Shown: positions 7,281-15,882 of the stretch, in pieces
How positions within the stretch are numbered: position 1 is the stretch's first letter
Layout of the letters: each line of letters starts with the position of its first letter
IMG/VR virus record: IMGVR_UViG_3300030107_005819
Location: 1-55,980 of that record
DNA: 55,980 nucleotides
Origin: a virus
Taxonomy: Duplodnaviria > Caudoviricetes
Strand: one strand, 5' to 3'
Made by a program: the position numbers and the translations under genes
Notes under the pieces: model-generated
Seen by the model: the letters and a program-made list of their open reading frames with translations, nothing else
Databases searched by the model: none
What the model was told of the DNA's origin: nothing

Positions 7281-7786
7281 CAAGCAGCCTCCGCTGGGAG
7301 GCTGGCTATAATGTTGTCTTGTCTCCACCGGATGGTTCCCGGTTTCACCTTGGTTGTCTGGTATTTGCCATCCACAAAGATGGTCATTTCATTTCGGCCA
7401 ACCGATACAACAAGACAGTGGCGCTTATTAAGAGTCACTAGGCTCCCGACCGGAGGCATCTCGGAGTCAACCTCGAAAGGAACTTCTAGTTTATGATAAA
7501 CCTTCTTCTGCCCCTCCACAGCATAACATCCCTGCTTAGTCTTTTTGAAGACCTGAGTTACCTTCTTCGGCTTTGCCGTCATTGAGGCAAATTGCTCCGC
7601 CTCAACCTCAAAGGTGTTTTTTCCTTTCTTCTTACAAGACAACACCCTCAGAACAATCGAGCGATACCTGGGGAAGCTGACTCCTACGTGAGCGCCGCCG
7701 TCACCTGACATCTGTACATGACTCTCTAGTTTCTTGTAGGAAACTCCGAAGCACCATTTCTTAAGAAGTATATCACCTTTTTTCAT
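7280..7786 (-). CDS. Hypothetical protein, possibly two SH3-like modules
   Basis: MKKGDILL... and PPVGSLVTL...CLVVSV; behind promoter 7817-7845. Confidence 0.7.
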   Translation of the reverse strand: MKKGDILLKKWCFGVSYKKLESHVQMSGDGGAHVGVSFPRYRSIVLRVLSCKKKGKNTFEVEAEQFASMTAKPKKVTQVFKKTKQGCYAVEGQKKVYHKLEVPFEVDSEMPPVGSLVTLNKRHCLVVSVGRNEMTIFVDGKYQTTKVKPGTIRWRQDNIIASLPAEAA

Positions 7787-7816
7787 TTTTATGTCTCTCT
7801 ATTAAGTTATGTTTAT

Positions 7817-7845
7817 ACTATAACAAATATATTATTCTTTGTCAA
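7817..7845 (-). promoter_or_regulatory. sigma70-type early promoter (repeat copy)
   Basis: Identical to 4433-4461. Confidence 0.9.
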
Positions 7846-7978
7846 GTATTTTTCTGGTGCTCTCAACAAAGTCTTCCATGCTGGCCTCTAGTCGTCCGAA
7901 GGTGTGCCCCAGTCGATATATAACGACCGTGTAAACAGCCAGTATCCCCATTGTGAGAGGGAGTATTAAGTATTCCAT
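7832..7978 (-). CDS. Small membrane peptide (48 aa)
   Basis: MEYLILPLTMGILAVYTVVIYRLG...ILDKE; AGGAG SD. Confidence 0.55.
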   Translation of the reverse strand: MEYLILPLTMGILAVYTVVIYRLGHTFGRLEASMEDFVESTRKILDKE

Positions 7979-7987
7979 TGTATTCTC

Positions 7988-9064
7988 CTATAATGCTAAT
8001 GCTTGTTGAATCAGTTTGAACCTTTCATTTTCGCTCACCACGGCTTCGACCTCGGATGGTTTAACAATGAGAAGCTCCTTCTTGGCAAAACGCTTGGTTC
8101 CTGACATCTGATATGTCATGTCAATATATTTGAAATCTGTAAAATCTTTATAAAGTTTCTTAATCGACGGGTTGTTATCATAAGACATGACGAACCCTCC
8201 CTTGTGTTCTCTAAGGACTTCGACCAGCTTGTCATGATCGAATCCCTTGTGGTGTTCCCCGTTCTCTCCATAGTAATAACTCACCGTGTCTTTGTAAGGT
8301 GGATCTAGGTATAAAAAATCGTTCTGGTGCTTAGGTATGATATCAAAACAGTCTCCCCATTCCATCGAAAGATTGGGGTTATAATAGTCCCGAACCTTTT
8401 CGAGGCCCACTGTCCTGTATTCTGCTCGGGATAAGTACGTTGAGCAGCCAATCTTCCCGCTGTAAGAACCCTTGATACACACATAGAATGCCCACGCTCG
8501 GGTAAACTTATCCGGGGAGTTCAAGAGGGGCAAATAAGATTTATAATTATCACTGTTTACTGTTGCCGCGGCATGGCAAATATCTAAATCGAGCAACTCC
8601 GATGGGTCTTTGGCTTTTTTCTTTGTCTTTGCCTTGTCCAAGACTTTTATTTTCTTTTTCTTTTTTTCTCCGTCCGGAGTTTCTATTTCAACCTCCTCAG
8701 TGAGCCAATAGACGCCTGTATGGAGAATCGGTTCCCCGTTAGGATCGAGCTTTATAACCCGTTCGTCTTCAACATTCAACGGATAATGTTTCATAAGCTC
8801 GGAATACAATCGTTGAGGGCCATAGGGCTCCTGAAGGATCTCCCAAAAGTCAGCCAGCGGTTTATAAAAATCATAGCCTTTAACTTCAACGCCCATCGAG
8901 GCCAAAAGCATCTCAGTCGAGCCGCCTCCGAAGAAGGGGCTCACTAACTTGGTCATGCTGGGGTTGACCTCAAAGATATGTTTTATTATTTCTTTCTTGA
9001 CCCTGTTCTTCCCGCCAGCATAACGATACAGCGAGTGGTCAGTAAGTTTTACAGTTTCAGTCAA
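7988..9064 (-). CDS. dam: DNA adenine methyltransferase, Dam/D12 class
   Basis: YRYAGGK, SPFFGGGS, LYLDPPY, FVMSY, KELLI; target specificity unknown. Confidence 0.85.
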   Translation of the reverse strand: MTETVKLTDHSLYRYAGGKNRVKKEIIKHIFEVNPSMTKLVSPFFGGGSTEMLLASMGVEVKGYDFYKPLADFWEILQEPYGPQRLYSELMKHYPLNVEDERVIKLDPNGEPILHTGVYWLTEEVEIETPDGEKKKKKIKVLDKAKTKKKAKDPSELLDLDICHAAATVNSDNYKSYLPLLNSPDKFTRAWAFYVCIKGSYSGKIGCSTYLSRAEYRTVGLEKVRDYYNPNLSMEWGDCFDIIPKHQNDFLYLDPPYKDTVSYYYGENGEHHKGFDHDKLVEVLREHKGGFVMSYDNNPSIKKLYKDFTDFKYIDMTYQMSGTKRFAKKELLIVKPSEVEAVVSENERFKLIQQALAL

Positions 9065-9086
9065 TATATTCTCCTAATATATTGTT

Positions 9087-9115
9087 AGTGTAACATAGTT
9101 GGACTAGTTTGTCAA
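9087..9115 (-). promoter_or_regulatory. sigma70-type promoter for the methyltransferase
   Basis: TTGACA-17-TACACT with TGT extension. Confidence 0.7.
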
Positions 9116-9117
9116 CT

Positions 9118-9153
9118 AAAAAAAGGGACAGTTTTAAGACGTGTCCCAGGTCA
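9118..9153 (-). other. Candidate H-type pseudoknot/terminator element, copy 1
   Basis: RNA UGACCUGGGACACGUCUUAAAACUGUCCC followed by U7; stems GAC/GUC and GGGACA/UGUCCC. Confidence 0.55.
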
Positions 9154-9161
9154 TCGAATCC

Positions 9162-10250
9162 CTAATACTCAGATATGGGAATCAGTTTCACGGCCTGTAA
9201 ATTATGACCAGCCGCCTTTTGAGGAACAGCCCCAATAATCCTCCAGGGTCGGCCCGCTCCAACAGATGGGGGCTTAATTTCAATAAGATCACCCACGATA
9301 TTGTTCGCCAGCATGATGGCTGCCTTATAATAAGTTTCAAGTTGTTGCTCAAAATCTACGATTGCCTGGGTGGCAACCGCCGGGTCATATGCGTTGGTAT
9401 AAAGAATAATCTCTACCGGATCTGTTGCCGTGTTGAGGGCCGGTACGATGTGGTTACACCACGCTCGGGCCGAATAAGTCTCACTATCAACACACATTAG
9501 AATCCTTCCTTTGCTCAGTGAATATTCGTCTTTTTGACCACACCATTTTTCCCAGTCTTTTCGGGACCGACGAAGCAATACACTAGCGGGGGAGCCCTGT
9601 GAAGCAACTTGAAAAATCTTATTAGCAATCTGAGTAACTTTTCGAGGAGTAAACCAGTCTTCTATCTCAATGTCGGCGTAGAGCCAGTCTTTTATAGCCG
9701 CTTTGCTTACTTCTAGTTCTCCTACCGAACACAGGTGTATTCCCGCCTCCATAAAATCCCCCATTTTAGCAGGGTTGGCTGGGGGATGCCAGTTGCTTTT
9801 CAGTCCATTTGTGACTGTATTCCGGGTTGAATCATCCTCATAGTCATACACGGCGACGGGACAATATCGCTCACCTTTAGCAATCAGTGTAAGGATTCGG
9901 GTGCGGCCATCCCTCTCTTTGCCATCAGTCCCGATACATGGGGGAGTATACGAAGTGTCCCACCCTTCTTTCTCCAAAGCCATTCCCATGGACTCTTGGC
10001 TCTCTTCCATTTTTTCGTGGTCCGAGCGAATACCCAGATTCCAGAACTCGGGATCGTTCACGTTGATGGTGCTTAAATCGAGCCACTCAAAGTATCGAAA
10101 AGTAGCGTCTTTTTGGTCACGAGGAGTCATGTATTCATAATCCTCTAAATTCACCATCTTACCGAACATCTCTCGTTGTTTGGGACCCTTAATCTTTTTC
10201 TTCTTTTTTAGCTTCCCTGGATGGGGAACGATAGTACTTTGTTTTTTCAT
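9162..10250 (-). CDS. Hypothetical protein with ParB/Sulfiredoxin-like N-terminal motif
   Basis: GW...PPCI...DGRTRILTL resembles the ParB/Srx DGxxR motif. Confidence 0.55.
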   Translation of the reverse strand: MKKQSTIVPHPGKLKKKKKIKGPKQREMFGKMVNLEDYEYMTPRDQKDATFRYFEWLDLSTINVNDPEFWNLGIRSDHEKMEESQESMGMALEKEGWDTSYTPPCIGTDGKERDGRTRILTLIAKGERYCPVAVYDYEDDSTRNTVTNGLKSNWHPPANPAKMGDFMEAGIHLCSVGELEVSKAAIKDWLYADIEIEDWFTPRKVTQIANKIFQVASQGSPASVLLRRSRKDWEKWCGQKDEYSLSKGRILMCVDSETYSARAWCNHIVPALNTATDPVEIILYTNAYDPAVATQAIVDFEQQLETYYKAAIMLANNIVGDLIEIKPPSVGAGRPWRIIGAVPQKAAGHNLQAVKLIPISEY

Positions 10251-10279
10251 GATAATCTCCTGTTGTAAAAAACGATTGG

Positions 10280-10314
10280 GAGCATCTCGGTTGCTAATAG
10301 CGGGTGAGATGCTC
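10280..10314. repeat. Perfect 9-bp inverted repeat with 17-nt spacer
   Basis: GAGCATCTC (10280-10288) and GAGATGCTC (10306-10314), intergenic between clpX and the ParB-like gene. Confidence 0.7.
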
Positions 10315-10361
10315 GTTATCTTCTTATAATATACTACACCACATTTTATTTGTTAAGTGTT

Positions 10362-11783
10362 TTATTCTTTTTTTTCTTCAGCGTCAGAATAAATAAAAAC
10401 TGGAGACTTCTTGTTTTCAATTGTGTCGGCTGAAATAACCACTTCACTCAAGTTGTCCTGAGAAGGGGCCTCATACATTGCTTCGAGCATGACCTCTTCC
10501 AGAATGGCTCTCAAAGCTCGGGCACCTGTCTTTCGTTTGAAGGCTTCTTCAGCAATGGCCCCGTAAGCATCGTCTGTAAACGTGAGATCGACCCCATCCA
10601 TCTTGAGAAGGTGGGTGTATTGCTTGACGATGGCGTCCTTTGGCTCCGTAAGAATCTTTTGGATTGCATCTTTTGTCAGAGCCGCTAACGATGCCACCAC
10701 GGGAACTCGACCAATAAACTCAGGAATGATTCCGAATTTAACCAAGTCTTGTGGAAGGGCATCAGCAAAGATGTTGTTGTAATCAATCTGCTGGGCCTCA
10801 ATTTTGGCACCAAAGCCAATGTTTTTACTTCCCACTCGCTGACCAATAATCTCTTCGAGTCCAGTAAACGCTCCTCCGCAAATGAAGAGGATATTCTTGG
10901 TGTCAATTTTCATGGTTTCTTGGTTGGGGTGTTTTCGCCCGCCCTTTGGGGGCACGTTTGCCACGGTGCCCTCGATCAATTTAAGGAGAGCCTGTTGTAC
11001 TCCCTCTCCCGAAACATCTCGGGTAGTGGAGGCATTTTCTCCTTTCTTGGTAATTTTATCAATCTCGTCAATATAAATAATTCCTTGCTCGGTGAGATCA
11101 ATATCTTCGCCTGACTCTTGATAAAGTCTAAGGAGGATGTTTTCCACGTCTTCACCGACGTAACCGGCTTCGGTCAACGAAGTGGCGTCAGCTACTGCCA
11201 GGGGGACGTTTAGGGCTTTAGCAAGGGTTCGGGCCAACAAAGTCTTTCCACAGCCTGTGGGGCCAAGCAGAAGGACATTGGACTTGGAAATCTCCACCGC
11301 TTCATCGTCGGCATCTTTTTTCCTTCGGCGACCTTTCTTATCGTTTCTTTCAAGCTCGGTCTGTAATCTTTTATAATGATTATAAACTGCCACAGAGAGA
11401 ATCTTTTTAGCCTCTTCTTGTCCCACCACATATTGATTAAGGTGTTCGTGAAGTTCTTTAGGTGTCTTCAGTTCAATGTCTTCTCGCTTCCGAGAAGCGG
11501 GACCATCGTCTTCGATAATCTCTTGACACAAGTCAACACATTCGTCACAAATATAGGAGGATGGACCGGCAATCAGCTTAGTGACTTCGTAGCGTGATTT
11601 ACCACAAAAAGAACATTGAAGTTCCCTTTCTTCCTTATCTGACATCAAAAGCACCTTGTCATCGGTGCTGAGACCCAGGACGACACAGAGAGCATGAGCA
11701 AGCTCCTCTCTCCCTTTTTCACTTTGAAGAGAAGTCTGCTCGGCGGCGAACTTTTCTAATACTTTTAAAATTTCTTGTTTCAT
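10362..11783 (-). CDS. clpX: ATP-dependent Clp protease ATPase subunit ClpX
   Basis: CSFC...CDEC zinc domain, [49 protein letters not shown] loop, GARALR. Confidence 0.97.
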   Translation of the reverse strand: MKQEILKVLEKFAAEQTSLQSEKGREELAHALCVVLGLSTDDKVLLMSDKEERELQCSFCGKSRYEVTKLIAGPSSYICDECVDLCQEIIEDDGPASRKREDIELKTPKELHEHLNQYVVGQEEAKKILSVAVYNHYKRLQTELERNDKKGRRRKKDADDEAVEISKSNVLLLGPTGCGKTLLARTLAKALNVPLAVADATSLTEAGYVGEDVENILLRLYQESGEDIDLTEQGIIYIDEIDKITKKGENASTTRDVSGEGVQQALLKLIEGTVANVPPKGGRKHPNQETMKIDTKNILFICGGAFTGLEEIIGQRVGSKNIGFGAKIEAQQIDYNNIFADALPQDLVKFGIIPEFIGRVPVVASLAALTKDAIQKILTEPKDAIVKQYTHLLKMDGVDLTFTDDAYGAIAEEAFKRKTGARALRAILEEVMLEAMYEAPSQDNLSEVVISADTIENKKSPVFIYSDAEEKKE

Positions 11784-11800
11784 TTTTTACCCGTGTTAAT

Positions 11801-11834
11801 AAAAGTGGGCAGTTTGTTGACATACCCAGGTCAA
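11801..11834 (-). other. Candidate H-type pseudoknot element, copy 2
   Basis: RNA UUGACCUGGGUAUGUCAACAAACUGCCCACUUUU; stems UUGAC/GUCAA and UGGGUA/UGCCCA. Confidence 0.6.
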
Positions 11835-11853
11835 ATAGAGAACGGAGTTGTGC

Positions 11854-12048
11854 CTAAGACTGCTCCACAGGTTGTAACCTGGGCATCAAGCCTCGTTCAC
11901 TCAGATACTTCTTGTATTCTTCAATTTGTTCGGCAGTTGCTTGTTCAAGCTCATTGGCCTTTTCTTCAGAACCACAAGGGATAACTTCTCCGTTGGACAT
12001 TTCTATATACCATTTACCCTCTAAGATATCATAATATGAAACCGCCAT
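11854..12048 (-). CDS. Hypothetical protein
   Basis: 64 aa, AGGAGG SD. Confidence 0.65.
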   Translation of the reverse strand: MAVSYYDILEGKWYIEMSNGEVIPCGSEEKANELEQATAEQIEEYKKYLSERGLMPRLQPVEQS

Positions 12049-12070
12049 TGGATTATCCTCCTATTAGTAA

Positions 12071-12208
12071 CTATCGTTCGGCTTTGCTTTTAGACATAAA
12101 ATATAGTGTCCCGATCAATCCAGTGGCGAAACCCAGAACAAAGCACGAGCCTGCCACTAGACCCCAGAAGAGGTCGGGATTACTGAATACTAATTCTTGA
12201 ATAAACAT
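12071..12208 (-). CDS. Small membrane protein (45 aa)
   Basis: MFIQELVFSNPDLFWGLVAGSCFVLGFATGLIGTLYFMSKSKAER. Confidence 0.55.
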   Translation of the reverse strand: MFIQELVFSNPDLFWGLVAGSCFVLGFATGLIGTLYFMSKSKAER

Positions 12209-12214
12209 ATCTCC

Positions 12215-12243
12215 ATCCTATCAAATTATTTATCATTTGTCAA
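12215..12243 (-). promoter_or_regulatory. sigma70-type promoter
   Basis: TTGACA-17-TAGGAT with TGn extension. Confidence 0.65.
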
Positions 12244-12495
12244 GTCTACTTCTGAAACTATTTCTAAACATGCCTCGGGAGAACTATAGGCGGCCACTTT
12301 GGGATACTGTTCATGAAACCATTTAACAAAGACTCGATTCACAGTTTCACTTCCTCCCCCATTTAGAGGATAGGTCACTTCGTCAAGGGCACACACTATC
12401 CCCACAATTTTCCTCTGGGGTCGTCGCCACTCGGGCATCCCGAGAGTAACCAGTGTGCCGGGCTGCCAGCGACTCCTAAAGTACTCACTTGCCAA
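12226..12495 (-). CDS. Small KOW/SH3-like paralog
   Basis: WQPGTLVTL...VGIV...VFVKWF...LEIVSE. Confidence 0.7.
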   Translation of the reverse strand: MASEYFRSRWQPGTLVTLGMPEWRRPQRKIVGIVCALDEVTYPLNGGGSETVNRVFVKWFHEQYPKVAAYSSPEACLEIVSEVDLTNDK

Positions 12496-12763
12496 TAATT
12501 TCTCTCCCTCCCCGAATATGGGGATTCATGGGTTCCTGTTGCCAGCATCGTAACACGTCTTCCATGAGGGCCTCATTGATCTCTTCGAGGCGATCATTCT
12601 CTTCCTGAAGCCAGACGGCGTGTTCATAAAGGGGCTTACACCCCTTCTTCAGATTTTCAATGCACCCAGCAATGTCCTTTGCTCCAAGATTGTATCCCAC
12701 GACTAAACTGAGTGGGCCAACCATGATAGTAATAACCATTACAAATAAAAGTCTTTTAACCAT
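12485..12763 (-). CDS. Membrane-anchored coiled-coil protein
   Basis: Start reassigned to ATG 12763; N-terminal hydrophobic helix followed by heptads. Confidence 0.6.
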   Translation of the reverse strand: MVKRLLFVMVITIMVGPLSLVVGYNLGAKDIAGCIENLKKGCKPLYEHAVWLQEENDRLEEINEALMEDVLRCWQQEPMNPHIRGGREIIGK

Positions 12764-13301
12764 TGTTTTCTCCTTTCCAATGTTTTCTACATCTGGCCTC
12801 ATAGTGGTTGTGTTCGCCAACCAAAACTTGTCCGTCAATATTAGATTTTCTAAAGGTGTGAGTGGCATCCGACCCACAAACCTCACAAACGGCGGTCAGC
12901 TTCGTAACTTGCTCTGCCATCGCCATAATATCTCCCATAGGCCCAAAAGGAATACCATCCGAGTCCATATCCAGCCCAGCCACCAGTACTCGTTTACCGG
13001 CCCCAACGAGCTTTACCACCACAGCAAGCAGTTGGTCACTAAAAAACTGAGCTTCGTCGATTGCAACGATGGAGGTTTCTTCCCCCACTAAATTAAAGAT
13101 AGCGTTACACGTTTGGATGGGCTCACATTTCATCTTTCTGCCCACATGACTCACAACCTCGTCTTCGGAATACCTGTTGTCTGTGGCTGGTTTAAAAAGC
13201 TGAAAATAGGTTTTAGCGATCTCTGCTCGCTTCAGCCTTCTCATTAGTTCTTCGGATTTTCCCGAAAACATTGGACCACAAATTACTTCAATTCTTCCCA
13301 T
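12756..13301 (-). CDS. tdk: Thymidine kinase (type II)
   Basis: GPMFSGKSEEL, IDEAQFF, AGLDMD..G.PF, CEVC...RCRKH zinc lasso. Confidence 0.97.
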   Translation of the reverse strand: MGRIEVICGPMFSGKSEELMRRLKRAEIAKTYFQLFKPATDNRYSEDEVVSHVGRKMKCEPIQTCNAIFNLVGEETSIVAIDEAQFFSDQLLAVVVKLVGAGKRVLVAGLDMDSDGIPFGPMGDIMAMAEQVTKLTAVCEVCGSDATHTFRKSNIDGQVLVGEHNHYEARCRKHWKGENNG

Positions 13302-13302
13302 T

Positions 13303-13911
13303 TTATCTCCTGTATGTTTTTAATACTCTTTCTTCAACCAAAATAGTCTCTTCGGTTCCCACTAAGAGAAGTTTATATAGTTTAGCTCCTTTTGCCGCTG
13401 TTTTAACGGATCCAGCATGAGTTTCCAAAACCAAGGCGGCTTTGGGACTGCCATGTGAATGAAGAACTCGGTAAGGGATTTTCCCTGATCGGAACTTTAC
13501 AAACTCTCCCACTTTATATTTAGGCTCTGAACGGGTCTCTTCGATTACTCGCTTGGCATACTTGTTCGTACACATAGCCCTGTATTGTTTTTCAGTGGGG
13601 ATGAAGTCTTCCGAATTCACGACACTAGAAGCTAACTCCAGAAAGTACCCAGTGCTGTAGCGGCCCGAAGCCTCCAAATAATAAGTGGCACAGATTTTAG
13701 CAATCTCCCTCTTCTCAGAATCATAAGACTCTTCCCACTCTCGCTTACGAACTTGGGCTTCCTCACAATAATCCTCATAAATACTACTCCAGTACTTCTC
13801 TTGATTGGATGTTAGATATCCCTTTTCTTTGTGAAACGCTTTTATACTTTCAACGAACTCTCTCTTCCGAGAGGGAAGGTCTGTGTTGGCTAAAACTTCA
13901 TCAAACTTCAT
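13303..13911 (-). CDS. Hypothetical protein with C-terminal KOW/SH3-like domain
   Basis: LTSNQ/PTEKQ helical repeats, then PKYKVGEFVKF. Confidence 0.7.
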   Translation of the reverse strand: MKFDEVLANTDLPSRKREFVESIKAFHKEKGYLTSNQEKYWSSIYEDYCEEAQVRKREWEESYDSEKREIAKICATYYLEASGRYSTGYFLELASSVVNSEDFIPTEKQYRAMCTNKYAKRVIEETRSEPKYKVGEFVKFRSGKIPYRVLHSHGSPKAALVLETHAGSVKTAAKGAKLYKLLLVGTEETILVEERVLKTYRR

Positions 13912-14146
13912 CTTCGTCCTTAACTTCTTTACGAACCTTCATCAGTTCAATTTTACTTGTGTCCACCAGCAATCTCCTGGTGTCTTCAAATATATAAATA
14001 TCATACCAAACTTCGTCGTCGTTGTCAAGGGTAATATACTCTTCCACTATGACAGCGGCCTTTCGGATCAGATCCGGACTGCCGGTCATATACGGACTGG
14101 TGTAACCTTTCCACCAACAAAACCAAACTAAGTCTCCAGCCCTCAT
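13901..14146 (-). CDS. Small KOW/SH3-like paralog
   Basis: MRAGDLVWF...AAVIVE...YDIY...IELM. Confidence 0.7.
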   Translation of the reverse strand: MRAGDLVWFCWWKGYTSPYMTGSPDLIRKAAVIVEEYITLDNDDEVWYDIYIFEDTRRLLVDTSKIELMKVRKEVKDEDEV

Positions 14147-14430
14147 ATACTAAATACAACATCACGTATATAATCTCTAGGGCGTCCTGAGTGGTCAACG
14201 GCTCTCATAGACCAATCCCCGCCATGACTCATGTAAAAGAAGTAACGATTCGACGGCGCAATTATCGGAAATGGCTTAGCTTTCTCAATCAGAAGCATCC
14301 TCTTTGATCTTCCCACAAGGTCAGCAAATTTTTTTATTTCTTTTTTGCTGTACTCCTGATATATTCTATACTCGACTCCCGAAATCTTTACTCGGGAGTA
14401 GTCATCCTCAAATATGGGGGTGGCCGTCAT
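14143..14430 (-). CDS. Hypothetical protein
   Basis: Likely start MTATP at 14430; ATGA overlap with next gene. Confidence 0.6.
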   Translation of the reverse strand: MTATPIFEDDYSRVKISGVEYRIYQEYSKKEIKKFADLVGRSKRMLLIEKAKPFPIIAPSNRYFFYMSHGGDWSMRAVDHSGRPRDYIRDVVFSI

Positions 14431-14671
14431 CAATAAGCTCCAGCACATGCTTTTTAATTTCTTTAGCTGTGGCAAAAGTGTGATGGGAGAGGGAAAGAGG
14501 CTCGGGATTGTCTGAGCCCCATGTCCAAAGACGATATCGCCATTTACTTTTTTGCTTCACGACCTCGGCATGGACCTCTAGTTCTTTCCACACATAATAA
14601 GCGTGTAGCTCATAATGGCCGGGGCCTTTTCGTTTCCACTTAGCGTTATCTTTTACTTTCCAATTATTCAT
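14408..14671 (-). CDS. Hypothetical Trp-rich protein, probably leaderless
   Basis: ATG 7 nt downstream of the -10 box. Confidence 0.65.
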   Translation of the reverse strand: MNNWKVKDNAKWKRKGPGHYELHAYYVWKELEVHAEVVKQKSKWRYRLWTWGSDNPEPLSLSHHTFATAKEIKKHVLELIDDGHPHI

Positions 14672-14677
14672 AGCCCT

Positions 14678-14706
14678 ATCATAACAAATGTTTTAGTCTT
14701 TGTCAA
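14678..14706 (-). promoter_or_regulatory. sigma70-type promoter
   Basis: TTGACA-17-TATGAT with TGT extension. Confidence 0.8.
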
Positions 14707-15007
14707 GATCTTTTTCATCGGGGACGAGGCGTAATTTATTTTTCTGAAGTGCTCTTTTTTTCTTTTCGTGTTGATCGTCGAGATCTTGGTGAAAACTCAT
14801 ATACTCTCTGATAAAATCTTCCACAACGTCCTTATTATCCTGGCACCATCGAAAAAACTCCAGCATTAACGTCACATCTTCAGAGCCCGAGAGGTGCTGA
14901 GGGGTGGGGTAGATATAGACTGGCTTACATCCTCGGCGTAAAACGATTGCTCCGTCCTTAATCGTGCTTACAATTTTTCGTGTCTCGTCGTCGTCATCAT
15001 CAAACAT
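14693..15007 (-). CDS. Hypothetical protein
   Basis: 104-aa ORF in coupled operon. Confidence 0.65.
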   Translation of the reverse strand: MFDDDDDETRKIVSTIKDGAIVLRRGCKPVYIYPTPQHLSGSEDVTLMLEFFRWCQDNKDVVEDFIREYMSFHQDLDDQHEKKKRALQKNKLRLVPDEKDLDKD

Positions 15008-15239
15008 CTTTTTTTGAAACCACCTTTAACTTTCCTATTTGTTCTAAAATGCCAGCAGCTATCCATTCCTCATCTCCCCTCGCCGTGGGGAGAATATTTA
15101 CTACATACCAGTGGACTTGAATATAAAAGTCTTCCTTGACGTCGGTTACGAAACCCAAGCTCGAAGAAACGGGGTGAGTGATCCCAGGACCGGGCACGTA
15201 TTCCACCACATCCCCTATATTGAACTTTGAAAGCGCCAT
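15000..15239 (-). CDS. Small KOW/SH3-like paralog
   Basis: KFNIGDVVEY...LGFVTDV...IQVHWY...LKVVS. Confidence 0.7.
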   Translation of the reverse strand: MALSKFNIGDVVEYVPGPGITHPVSSSLGFVTDVKEDFYIQVHWYVVNILPTARGDEEWIAAGILEQIGKLKVVSKKDV

Positions 15240-15261
15240 TCATAAGAAACCTTTTAATACT

Positions 15262-15882
15262 CTAAATAGACTGCTCCGGCTTATAATACGAATATTCAAC
15301 AAGGTAAGTGAGATCCGTCAAGCATTCTTCCAGCAGACCTGGCCTTCCTCGTTTTTTATAATTCTCCATTAAAAACACGACCTTCTTTATGGCTCGCTCC
15401 GTATTTATAAAATATTCACACGCCTGTAAGAAGCCTCCCAACAACGAAGCGAGCACCGATGAAGACTGGTGTCGAAAAGCGATTCTTTTTCTCGAACCCA
15501 CTCTCACCAAAATAGTCACTGCCACCTTGTCTTGAGAAATTGCTCCTCTAGTTTTAGGATGAATCGTATCCACCCGAAGCTCTTCCATTTCCAAGTCTTC
15601 CGCGAAGCTATAGCGATTTTCTAACCGTGTCTTAATCCCGTTATGAAAAGCGTGAAGAACGCCAATCCCCTCTCCCCTTAAAGGAATAATCTTTTTATGG
15701 TCTTCATAATGGCCAACCAACGTCCCTTCAATGATCGATTTCTCGGAGCCCACATTCTCGTCAACCCTCAAAGGTCCGGACAAAGAAAGGGTGACGTATT
15801 CGTTGAGGACATATTTCTTAATTAACTCCATCATTTTCTCTCGATGGATATCTTCTGGAAGTTTCTTAAGGGTGGGGGTCAT
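15262..15882 (-). CDS. Stand-alone LeuA (isopropylmalate synthase) regulatory-domain-like protein
   Basis: LRGEGIGVLHAFHNGI resembles the GxGxGPVDA strand-helix; SSSVLASLL resembles the terminal helix. Confidence 0.5.
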   Translation of the reverse strand: MTPTLKKLPEDIHREKMMELIKKYVLNEYVTLSLSGPLRVDENVGSEKSIIEGTLVGHYEDHKKIIPLRGEGIGVLHAFHNGIKTRLENRYSFAEDLEMEELRVDTIHPKTRGAISQDKVAVTILVRVGSRKRIAFRHQSSSVLASLLGGFLQACEYFINTERAIKKVVFLMENYKKRGRPGLLEECLTDLTYLVEYSYYKPEQSI

